Positions 14,151-25,784 of a DNA stretch of 64,000 nucleotides are shown piece after piece. This stretch comes from Octopus vulgaris. Its lineage: Eukaryota. Under the pieces are notes generated by a model, which was given only the letters and a program-made list of their open reading frames with translations, was not told where the DNA came from and did not search any database. The first letter of the stretch is position 1, and each line of letters begins with the position of its first letter. The translations under genes and the position numbers were made by a program. The stretch is taken from positions 41,168,001-41,232,000 of the forward strand of contig OX597815.1 in the NCBI GenBank assembly GCA_951406725.2, written 5' to 3'.

Positions 14151-15647
14151 TAGATAGAAGTATGAATACGTGTTGTCAGTTTCCATCTACCAAATCCATT
14201 CACAAGGCATTGATCAGCTGAAGGCTATAACAGAGGAAACTTGCCCAAGATTCCATGTAGTGAAACTGAAACCATGACATGGTTGGGAAGCCACGCACAC
14301 ACACACACACCTACACGCGCGCGCACACATACATACACGCTGCAAACGCATGATACAATGATTGACTGTAATACTGATTTGTATCATATCTCATGTTTAC
14401 TCAACGGCCTCTGATCAGGAAATAACTGATATAGGTAGGTCAGAGATTAATAACAAGCTTCGAAGAAAATGAGCTATTTCTAAATACGGGGAATTCCCGG
14501 CACAATTATAAACGCAAACACGCGTATCTACAAACATACATATAACATCCACTGATGCACATCCACATTTACATACGCACATGCATATATACATACATAC
14601 ATACATAACATCATTAGGTGAGACAAGCTGACACTAAATTAGCTTCGCTGACTGGCAGGTGACGTGGGCAAAAACTACGCGCCTTGACTTGTCAGTTAAG
14701 GTGAGACATTGTCATGTGACAACTTGCTGGTATTTAAAAGGAAAAAAATAGACAAGTCAGTCAGTCACCGGCTGACACTCGCTGACGATACATCGAAGAG
14801 GCCAGGGAACAGAAGAAAGAAGACACCTCCGAAAGGGGTGGGGTGGGGGCGCCACGTCAAAACGGTAGAGGAGTAGGGGCCGAAACCGGACGTGGTTCCT
14901 CCTGATGATGTCTTGAGCTAACTGGATCCTAGGAGCTATTGTGGTAGAAAACCACGAAACACGGTTGTAATTTCCCCCTATACACGCACATCAACATTTA
15001 CATACGCACATGCATGCATACATACATACATACACATATACACACATAAACATATTCATACACACATACGTACACATACATGCACACACAAATATACACA
15101 CATACATACACACGTGCATACATGCATACATACATACGTACACACATACACACACGCATAAACACAGCTAATTGGGTGATATTCCAAGGTTCCTCCAAGA
15201 TTGATTCACGGTTGAGGACTTCAATTCCAGGAACAATGAATTACGGTCCCGCTCGTCTTCCACGTGGCATTCTGATCAATTCTAAAGTAAATAATATCCA
15301 GTATTTACATACAATAAAGAACATTATTTTTTTATGAGTACCACTGAATTAGTAGAATCCATACACTGTGATTTAAAATTTATTCTGCTCTGCAAATTTC
15401 ATTTCCTGAGAGCTCTAAGTGGTGACTCACAATGATTGGGAAAATGTATGTAACAATAAGAATTTATATAATAATAATAATAATGAAAGTATTGTATACA
15501 GTGCTCAGGTGCACCACAACTTGTCAGAAAGTGCGTATAAAGTCTGGAAAGCGAACAATGTATGAGTCAGATACATGCTTGTGTGTGTATGGAGGGAAGA
15601 AAATCATACTGTGTTTCTCTCATTATTTATAACTTTATATGTATATA

Positions 15648-16874
15648 CGAGGGTACTCCCAAAAGTAAGGTCTCCAAAAATATTTATTTAAAAATCACAG
15701 AAACGTATATTGTCAATGATGGGGAGAATTCACAAAAAAAAACTAAACAAAAGACAGGTGGTGTAGACAACAAACAGATATATTAGTTTATCGCTCGGGA
15801 AGTGAAAAAGTCTTTAACGTTTCGAGCCTACGCTCTTTCACAGAAAGGAACACAGAAAGAAACAAGGAGAGAAGATTAATCCCTGTTCACAGTGCAAACG
15901 GGAGTCCGGAAGGCCCCTGTGCAAGGACAATCCGAACACAAACAGGTGTTGCAAAGAGTGACCGGTAGAGCAGAAATGGCGCGAGACCGGGGTGTCATTG
16001 CCGTGTCGGATGTCTCGGAGGTGTTCCGCGAACCAATCAGCCAAACGGCGTCCCATTTGCCCGATGTATAGAGAAGAGCAGAGAGAGCAGGAGATGCAGT
16101 AGATGAAATTGGTAGAAGTGTAGGTGAAGGAGTCGGTGATGTGATAGGGTCGATAATGGGCGCCGGTGATTGAGGAAGCATTGAACTTCATCTCTCACCT
16201 CGTCGTCGTTGCTGAAGCGCATTCCGGCCAAATGTTCTTTCAACTTAGGGAACAGGTGTTAGTCACTGGGTTCCAAGTCCGGACTATAAGGTGGGTGGGT
16301 GATGATGTCCCATTTATGGCCTTCGTTGCTGTTTATGGTTTTCTGTGAGCATTCGCGGGAACCATCTTGCGCACACCCTCCGATATTGCAACCTTTCACA
16401 CAAAACCCTATGAATGGTGTTTCAGGAAACCCCAGGAACCAAAATACGGAGATCATCGAGCGTGATTTCCATGCAGGATTTACTCAACCATCGCGACTGT
16501 CTCGTCGGAAATTGATGTTTGCCTACTTCTTTCTTCATCATGAATTTCAGTACGACCAGCTGCAAACTCCCTACACCACTTGTGGACGTTTTTGACAACC
16601 ATGCACGACTCGCCATTCACATCTGTCAACTGGTGATGAATTTCAATCGGTTTAATGCCTTTTGCGTTCAAAAACCAAATAACTGTGCGAACTTCACACT
16701 TGGTGGTAGTGTCAATCAGGATCTCCATCAGATACAACTGCCAAGCCAAAACTGAGCATGACAGCGAAGCGTGCAGGCGCATGCACAACAAACACAACAG
16801 TGCTGTCAATAGCTGCACGCACAGTTTCCCTGCATCCCCGGCACTTTGGAGACCTTATTTTGGGGATTACCCTC

Positions 16875-16875
<1 letters not shown>
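15648..16875 (-). mobile_element. Internally deleted mariner transposon
   Basis: TIRs CGAGGGTACTCCCCAAAAGTAAGGTCTCCA / TGGAGACCTTATTTTGGGGATTACCCTCG; left TA; HTH segment (EVRTVIWFLNAKG..EIHHQL..WCREF) and HPPYSPDLEPSD motif. Confidence 0.9.
15715..16175 (-). mobile_element. Penelope-like element 3' fragment (GIY-YIG endonuclease plus pLTR) nested in the mariner
   Basis: NFIYCISCSLCSSLYIGQMGRRLADWFAEH..PVSRHF...GH; followed by a degenerate hammerhead GAGCGTAGGCTCGAAACG. Confidence 0.85.
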
Positions 16876-16914
<39 letters not shown>

Positions 16915-17999
16915 AATTCAAATAAACAAGTAAAATTAACGGACAAGAAGAGGACGTGCACATGGAATGTATTAGCTTGATGCTCGGTGTAAAGAGAGAA
17001 TTTGACATTTCAAGCATAGCTCTTTGTTAGAAAAGAGAAAGTGAAAAGTTCAAAGAAGGAAAAGAAATCATCAACACCGCTTGTGCAGCACTGTTGCACA
17101 TCACAACATAGATTTTACACTATCTGCCTCAGACCAGTGATTCAAATTCATTTTAAGGTAACTCAAGTCTACATTATAGATGAATTGAAATAACAGTGAA
17201 ATATCAGTATCCATCATTCACCATTTGTCACCCAGCACATTTTAAGTCCAAAAGTAGTTTGTAAAACAATTTGCTCATGATGTGAGGCATTCGTAACTCA
17301 GGTTGCCCTGTACTAAGAAGTATTTGAGAGGGAAAGGTGGAGATGAGTGACTGTATGCTTGGTGTTGGAAGGATAAAGTGTGATAGAAAGACAAGCACAG
17401 GTGTGTTGCTGTAGAGGAAATATACGGCTGAAGGAGATAAGAGGAAGGTAGTGATGGGGTGCTAGATCAAACTCTTAAGAAACAAGGAGCAAGAAGGTGA
17501 GTATAAAAGAGGACAAGTTAATCGAATCCAATGAGAGTGAATGCTTTCGTGGGAGTGTGAGGAAAGAAGAGACAAATGGAGGTAGAGGTTAGTGTAGTGA
17601 ATGAAAAACAAGGAGCAGGGTGACAGATAATGAACAAAAACTTGTATGCAGCTGTGGAGAATTGGGAGATATGGGCATGTCTTAGGAAGGAGAACAGAAC
17701 AGAAAGTAGTACGATAATGTTTAAGGTGTAAGAGCAGTGGAGAGGGAGAGATAGGGATACATAAGGAGTTATAGTAGCAGGTAGGTTATGATGATGAATA
17801 TGGAAGGGTATTGAGAATAACAGCAGATGAGAGAGGTGTTTAGAATGGAGTATAGCGGAGGGGGAAAAGGGTAGTAGCTGATCGACCTCTGATCTTTATA
17901 AGAGTTCGGCTAGTCCATTCTTCCAATCCCCCAGGAATGTCAATGACTCTCGCTACAACACCACCACTATGTAACTTCTATCTTTTAGAAAGCCATGTA

Positions 18000-19260
18000 G
18001 CCGTTCTCTGTGTTTTCCGACTATGCCGAGAATACGCAGCTTGTGGCATATACCATGGTCAACTTTATCAAAGGCTTTTGCAAGTCGAGATATATCACGT
18101 CTACATTTGAGTTGTTGAGCAGCTGCTTTAACACCCAGGCGTAGTGCTGCAAGAGCTGTGTCAGGCAGCTTCTACCCGATCGAAAACTATGCTGGGTGTT
18201 AGTCATTAAGTCATTCTCTTCAAGGAATGCAATTAGTTTCCTTTAGACTATGCGTTCCATAACTTTGCTGATATGCGTTGTCAGAGAGACCTGCTCTACT
18301 TCCTCCTTTATGAATAGGGCAGATTATTCCCGCTTTCAGTTTTCCCAGGAGCTTACAATTTGCAAGAAAGATCTGAAAAGAAGCTGCAGTGGTTTTGCAA
18401 GTGCTCGTTTGCATGACATGAAAAATATTGCTGGGAATCCATCGAGGCCAGCAGCTGAGTTTGTGTTTACGTCATCTATTACCAGTATTACATTCTTTTC
18501 TTTGATGTTGATGTAGTCAACTGTTACTGCTTCCCTTTCTACATGTGTAGTGGTAAGGAATTCTATATGTTTGCTGACTTGCATGTGCCGTAAGGGTGGA
18601 GTAAGAAAAGTTTTGAATTATTCATTCAATGTTTCACTAGGTTTCCTGTGAGGAAACCATCTTTTTGAAGGAGTGGCCCTACATTGCAGCGCACAGATGA
18701 AGTTTCTTTGGCATACATAAAGAAGGCCTTAGGGGTTGATTTTATATTTTTTATAACTCGGGCTTCTTTGTCTGCTCTTTCTTTTTCATGGGAGCATTTC
18801 AAATGTTTCCCAATATCCAGCAGTGCTGTTTCCAGGCGGAAATTTTCGCTGCCATTGAGTTCTTTATTGAGGTGGTTTGCAATCTTTGTACGCCTTCTCG
18901 TAAGAACTTTCCTCTCCTTGGACATCTTGTTCTTATGTAGAGTGGCTTTTCCCTCTGGGACAACTTGTAACACATGACTTGCATTACGGATATGGATTTT
19001 TTGAATTTCATATCAATGTCATGTATAGAGAGATATTGGGCCATTCCTGTTCGATGATCTCCTCAATTGATTTCCAATCTGCTTTATGGAAATTCAGTTT
19101 GGATAGATTCTGGGTGCTTCATATAGCCTGTATGTTTGCAGGTTCTTTTGGTCCATACATGGTCAGCTCATTTATATTCTGATCCGAGACTAGCGTCGGT
19201 CTCACTTTCACATATGAATGAGATCCATATTGTTTGTGAAGCAGAGATCAAGAATATTGT
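18000..19260 (-). mobile_element. CR1-clade LINE ORF2 fragment, degraded
   Basis: QHSFRSGRSCLTQLL..VDVIYLD, SAAGLDGFPAIF, IICPIHKGGSR, KNIKSTPKAFFMYAK. Confidence 0.85.
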
Positions 19261-19348
19261 TTGCCCTGGCTGGTTGGTTGGTTGATTGGTTGGAGTATTA
19301 CTTGCTCCATATATAACTTGTTGGTGAGGTTGAGCAGCAGTTTCATCT

Positions 19349-19496
19349 GGAGTGGCTGTGTGGTAAGTAGCTTGTTTACCAACCACATGGTTCCGGGTTC
19401 AGTCCCACTGCGTGGCATCTTGGGCAAGTGTCTTCTGCTATAGCCTCGGGCCGACCAAAGCCTTGTGAGTGGACGGAAACTGGAAGAAGCCTGTCG

Positions 19497-19528
<32 letters not shown>

Positions 19529-19757
19529 AGTGTGTGTATATGTTTGTGTGCCTGTGTTTGTCCCCCTAGCATTGCTTGACAACCGATGCTGGTGTGTTTA
19601 TGTCCCCGTCACTTAGCGGTTCGGCAAAAGAGACCGATAGAATAAGTACTGGGCTTACAAAAGAATAAGTCGCGGGATCGAGTTGCTCGATTAAAGGCGG
19701 TGCTCCAGCATGGCCGCAGTCAAAATGACTGAAACAAATAAAAGAGTAAAAGAGAGT
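19349..19757 (+). mobile_element. CORE-type SINE
   Basis: Same family as 2558-2940. Confidence 0.9.
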
Positions 19758-20149
19758 ATTGTGTCATTCCTGAGGGAAAAAAAAGACTTTCAGGCCACCC
19801 TACGTTGGGTAGATTGAAACCTCCCATTAGAAGTACACTGATGTGTTGTTCTAATTTGGTTAAGACTCCTATTCATACAAGACAGTCTTCGAATAATCCC
19901 GTATAATTTCGAGCATCTGGTGGACGATAAGTAGTACATATAACTATATCAAATTGTCTTATATGTACATTTAGTGTGTGAAACACCGAGTTTGTTATTA
20001 ACAAAAGGATCTGGAATATGAAATCTTAGATGTACATTGCAACTCCACCCTGGCTCCTGTTTTTTAATTTCGCTTCGTATTACAACATACTTTGGTACGT
20101 GTATGTATGTATGTATGTATGTATGTATGTATGTATGTATGTATGTATG

Positions 20150-20215
<66 letters not shown>

Positions 20216-20509
20216 TGTGTGTGTGTGTGTGTGTGTGCATGCGTGCGCGTGTGTGTATTTACAAATGCTATTAGAGCAGTATTTTAAAAATAAAAGACTG
20301 TAATATACATTTAACTATATGTATGTATGTGAGTGAAACTGTTGAAGTAAACATGATTTACGATAAAAATTTGCACAACGATTTCAAAGCAAAACCTGTC
20401 ACTAATATTCACCTGCTTTTAGTGTCTCTGACAGTCACACACAACCACTCTGTTTATTGTTTTAATTTTCTTTCACCACTGACAGAACACTGCGTTTTAT
20501 ACATATGCA

Positions 20510-21002
20510 AGGCTGGCCCTTGTGAATTACAGGTGGCGGTGTATATTTCGTTTGTCACTGTTATTTATGATAACCCTAAAACCTCAACCCTAACCCTAAC
20601 CTTTACCCTAAAACCCCAACCCTAAAACCCTAACCCTAAACCTAAAACCCTAACCCTAACCCCAAACCCTAACTCAAACCCTAAAACCTGAAAGCTAAAA
20701 CCAGTACAAACGCACGAACGATGTCATAAATAACAGTGACAAACGAAAAATACACCGCCGATAGCTGTTGTTGACAAACAACAAGCAGTAATTTTATTCA
20801 GCTGAATACACGTCATTGATTGGTTGAAATTACCGAAATAGGACTACTTTGACGTGAAATTACTTCGTAAGTATCAGTTTTTCTCAAAAGCGCTAAGAGC
20901 AAAAGCTGTTTTATACGACACATTGTACCAGTGTCCGAAGTTTGAAAGTGTTTAGTTACAAAAAATTATTTTTTAAGTCTGTCGGTCAAAAGGTAAAGAT
21001 CC
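20510..21002. mobile_element. DNA-transposon derivative with an internal degenerate (CCCTAA)n array (20572-20700)
   Basis: Ends CAAAAGGTAAAGATCC like the 1802 MITE family; internal inverted repeats flank the telomere-like array. Confidence 0.6.
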
Positions 21003-21330
21003 AAAGGTTGTATTTAACAGATTCAATGAAGTCACTCGGAGGTGGGGCCGAACGGCTTCATTTCATTTATCATTTTATCAAATTAATCCTTTCCATCCGT
21101 CTTTTTTCTGTCTCCACCATGTATTGTCCACTCCGTATTAGGCCTTGTGTAACTAATAAAATAATTAATATTTCCCTCATACTAACACTCTTTGCACCCT
21201 TCTCATTTCATCAAGTAAAATCTTTGTAGAGCTAGTTGAGGGAGGAGGAGGGTATAGTAGCTATAGCAGACTGACATGTACTGATAGACTAAAACGTCAG
21301 TCTTATCAAATCAATTTTATTAATGTGTGT

Positions 21331-21383
<53 letters not shown>

Positions 21384-21896
21384 CATGTGTTTATCTGTGT
21401 GTGTATGTGTGTATATGTATGGGCATCTATGCATGTGTGTATGTGTGTGAATATGTGTATGTATGTGTCGGTGTGTATCTGTGTGCGTGTACATATGCAC
21501 GTATGCAGGTACGTGAGTATGTTTGTGTGTATGTATATAAGTGTGTGTATGTATATAAGTGTGTGTATGTGTGTGTGTGTATATGTGGATGTGTGTGTAT
21601 ATATATGTGTATCTGTGTGTGTTTGTGTGCATGGATACATGTGTGTTTGTGTGTGTGTGCGTATGCATCGGCGCATTTATGATTGTGTCGGGAATTCCCC
21701 GTAATCAAAAATAGCCCATTTTCCCAGAAATTCTTATGCTCTGACCTATTTCCACGTATTAAAGAGTTAAAGCGCAAATCGCTATCTCATGTGTATGTAG
21801 TGTGTGTGTGTGTATGTGCGTGTGCTCGCGTGTTTGTGTGCATGCGTATGTGTGATTGTATGTATATATATATATATATATATTTATTTATTTTAT

Positions 21897-22000
21897 AGGA
21901 GCTTCTACAGGACTAGAACTGTTTCATTCAAATGAAATCATCAGGAAGCTTCCTGATGATTTCATTTGAATGAAACAGTTCTAGTCCTGTAGAAGCTCCT
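21897..22000. repeat. 104-bp perfect palindrome with CTGATGA...GAAAC hammerhead-like cores
   Basis: Exact inverted arms centred on AAGCTT (21946-21951). Confidence 0.85.
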
Positions 22001-22080
22001 TCTATAAAATAAATTAATTTACTCTGCCTATGTATTGAGTACCTTATTTACTGTGGTTAACCCCGACTCAACCCGGGACC

Positions 22081-22143
<63 letters not shown>

Positions 22144-22147
22144 TATA

Positions 22148-22630
22148 TCTATATATATATATAAGGCAGTTTGTCTATGTGTCTGTCAGGTTGTACCCTC
22201 ACCCTGACCACGGCTTTCAACTGATTCTGATGAAACTTGACACACACATAGCCCAATGTCATAATTCAAAACTAACGCAACGAAAATTTTGAAAAGTTCC
22301 CCCAGTTCTGAAAAAAAATCGATAAATTCGACATGGGGTCGAGAATCCAAGCTTATCATATGCAACACATTTTCCGTTGTAGTTTTCGCAACTTGCAATC
22401 GATTTTCACCAAACTCATGGTGAAGCTTAATGTTACCCTAAGGAACTTAATTCTGACGTTAGTTTTCCATGCAATACCTTACCATCAGAAAAAATCGATA
22501 AAATCATGCCATTTTGGGAAATCGCGTTCAAATTCAAGATGACATATTTTCGCCAATATTTTTAACAAATTGGCAGGAATATTTTTTTGAAATTCACAGC
22601 GAGCATCATGTCTGCTCCAAGGAGCTATAT
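22148..22630 (+). mobile_element. Helitron family 2 copy, 5' part
   Basis: Highly similar to the reverse complement of 28380-28862; starts TCTATATAT..AAGGCAG. Confidence 0.75.
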
Positions 22631-23409
22631 GGCCCTTTTGATTCCAATAGGATACGTTATTACTGGAAAAATCGGTTAATTACATCATATGTGGCACACA
22701 TAGCAAACCGATTTTTCTGCGATATTTTAAAAACTGGGTTGGGTGTGCTAAACAAAACCAGAAAATGCACTTTGACTGTCATAGATTTTCTTCATGCATG
22801 CAAGGGAACGGTGCCTTGAATGCCTTAATGCCTTTTAGGCTTCATTTTACAAAATAACGGTTCAATGAGTACAAAAAAGGGTAAAAAAGTAAAGGGCATT
22901 GCATATAGGCCTATATGCTAGTCCTTGGCTTTCTGCTGAAGAGGCAACGCCAGTCGAAAATAAATTAATTTTATTTACAAAAGATTGCCGAAACTATGCA
23001 TAGTCCAGAAAGGATAGGGTAAACGTTTTTATTTCTCTTTCCATTTCAGAATTACAACTATTAGTGGTTTGGAGTTTAACTGCTCTTTCTAGTGAGTCGG
23101 ATGTCCTATTATGGCCATCCCTTATATGTTTGAATGTATATATATATATATATATATGTACACTTATATATACATTTATCTGTCTGTCTAGCTATCTATA
23201 CACATACACACACACACATGTATGGGTATATATGCGTATGTCTATATGTCGTATGAGGCTACATGTATATAATATGTATGTATATATACGTATACATATA
23301 TGTGTGTGTGTATTAAAAATGGGAATGACTGGTTTATGGGATTACATAAGTTTTCCCGTCCAGATCTTCAAAACTCTTAGGTCCATGACTTCTTAAAAAT
23401 TTGGAAGGG

Positions 23410-24600
23410 GGAAATGCCTCACTACTCATACATCAGCGCTGTTGAATGCTCCCATCGCTACGTCAGAGGAGCCGGGAGGTCGGATTGCTTGACCCATGCC
23501 GAACTTTCGTTGAACAGCACCGTCTTTCTGGCATGCATAATGACTTCTATATCTCTGTCGCTAATGTTAGTGAAGCTTCTAGTGAAAGAAAGTGCCTTGG
23601 CCAGCAGTCCTTTTGATATAGATGGGTAAAAGTCGACTATATCAAACTAGGTGAATCTTGCTTTGCTGCCTCATCCCTTGTTGGTGTTAAACGATGCGGT
23701 CACTTTGTTGGTGTTGCACCACAAGGAAAGGATGGTGGCCCTCCTTATGTCGTTATTGATATCTGTAACGATAAAAATTTGCTGTTATAATTGCATACTG
23801 TAGGATGTGAAAGATGAACAATGCATGAAGTTTTAAGGAAATATTTATTTACCGTTACGTTACAATACCTTGCCTTGACGGGCAGGTTATGATAAATCCA
23901 AAAGCATGCAAAGTAAAGTTTGTGTTTGTGTCCTCTTCATTGTTTAGTAGTGATTACAGAGAGAGAGATAGAATGATGTTGTAAGAGAACAGAATTGGAG
24001 CTAGTGAGAGTTGTAGGGTGTGGGACGTTGTCTCACAGTTGCTGACAGTAAACTTCACTTCTCCCTCTGACCAAGGTTCTAACTGGTCAGCTAGACTTCA
24101 TTGTCACCGACTGATTTTTGCTTGGGGTGTTCTTGCTTTTATAACTATCCAGAAGGATAGTCATATCATTGAGAACAATAGACTTAGTTGGTGATCTTGT
24201 TATCTCTATTCTGGTTTTTGGTGAAGTAGAAGAGGTTAGAAAGGGTCAAGTAGTAAAGACGTTATTTTGGCTTAGCTAAAGGCATCTGGAAAATGTAAAA
24301 CTGCTGTCACAGAAAAAATCATTGTTCCACTGTGGGAAAAGTTCTGTTGAAGTGTTTAAATTTGGCTATGGATCGAATCCACTTCATGCTTGCAAGATCC
24401 ACTACATACCCCTCAAAATGTGCTTGCTTGCCGGACCGTTCTCCAATTTGGCCGGATTGATCAGGCGGCATTTAGGGTTTGAGGCAAAGTTCGGTTTATG
24501 ATATTTTATGGTAATGAAGGTGTTTCTTTTAGCTAGGATCTATACCCTGTCCGCTATCTCTAATTCGTTAGCTAATCTTTTGGCTTCACTGTTGATATTG
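23410..24600 (-). mobile_element. Penelope-like reverse transcriptase pseudogene fragment, interrupted by a solo LTR
   Basis: Manual translation: [31 protein letters not shown] | INNDIRR..FDIVDFYPSISKGLLAKAL..DVAMGAFNSADV. Confidence 0.8.
23764..24406 (-). mobile_element. Solo LTR (643 bp)
   Basis: TG...CA termini; imperfect 4-bp TSD TATC/TACC; TATAAAA and AATAAA on the minus strand; second copy at 1-313. Confidence 0.8.
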
Positions 24601-24842
24601 TTATATGTGTGTGGGGAAGCGCGCCTATAATTTTGGTGTATAAATTGGCATTTTCCTCTTTCAGCTTCTGCATTCTTGAAAATTTTGCTGAAACATCCAG
24701 GCATCCCTGATTCCATTGATTTGTACCTTTGGTCGTCAGTTTTAACCTCCTGTCACTCGGAGGCCATTCTCTCTGAGCAGCAAGCTGGAATAGGTATTTT
24801 TCTTTCCAATCTTGACAGCAACTAAACATATATAACATCGCT

Positions 24843-24904
24843 TAGCAGAGCGTAGTTCCGATCTACGAACCTCTGGGTTATGGGCCCAGCACGCTTCCAC
24901 TGCG
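24843..24904 (-). pseudogene. 5'-truncated initiator tRNA-Met(CAT) pseudogene
   Basis: CGCAGTGGAAGCGTGCTGGGCCCATAACCCAGAGGTTCGTAGATCGGAACTACGCTCTGCTA matches metazoan tRNAiMet from position ~11; first 10 nt absent; T-loop A58 replaced by G. Confidence 0.85.
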
Positions 24905-25149
24905 AACATTTTTATAACAAATCGTACCATGCCTATTGAGGAGGCCAAACGGCAGTAATGTGTTGAAGTATTGAATCAAAAGGATCTAACTCTTTTAATC
25001 CAATCCCTTGTCGCCACATAAACTCAATTTTTAGTGGCAATCTTTTTATTGTGAGTGAGATAACCAAAAAGTACGAACTATCAAACTTGCAAGTTGCAGC
25101 TATGGTTTTATTTTGTACTATATGTACTGCTAATATTAATACGGACTTG

Positions 25150-25355
25150 GGCGGCAAGCTGGCAGAATCGTTATCACGTCGGATAAAATGTTTAGCGTCC
25201 TTTAGTCCGTCTTTACGTTCTGAATTCAAATTTCACCGAGGCCAACTTTCCTATTTATCCTTTCGGGGTCGATAAAATAAGTACAAGTTGTGTACCGAGA
25301 TCGATGTAATCGACTTACCCCGAACTTGCAGGCCTTGTGCCAAAGTTTGAAAGCA
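25150..25355 (+). mobile_element. Nin/Deu-like SINE
   Basis: Homologous to 3260-3420; other copies at ~27880-28075, 31355-31540, 31818-32022, 55690-55900, 62815-63235. Confidence 0.75.
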
Positions 25356-25753
25356 ATACTAATACGACTGCTGACAAAAATGATAATTTACAAATGCACT
25401 GACGGCGATGTATTGTCAGTCTGTGGATATTCTTGTTGTATTCGTTTTATGCTCGAATCCTACAGTCATTCACTGCTATTCATTTTTCTAAATAGGTATT
25501 GAGTTCCGGATAGTTGAATATATTCCCGTCTCTGCTCATTTGTCTAAGTTACAAATAATTGTCTTTATTATTGAGCTTCACAGAATCGGTTGAATAGCAC
25601 ACAAAATACTTCAAAATCAAGTCCTGTTTACATAATCTTAAGAATCACTGGATTTGTAGGACTGAAGCGGAAAGTTTTAATGCAAGGGAAATAACTGTAT
25701 TGAATTATCTCCCTTGAGTTATAAATTTCTGAACTTCAGAAAATGTAATAAAA

Positions 25754-25784
<31 letters not shown>

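Noticed and set aside
17320-17900. Purine-skewed GA-rich stretch (pyrimidine-skewed counterparts at ~51150-51550 and 52380-52720)
   Set aside because: No ORF, ends or periodicity I could define; probably decayed repeat
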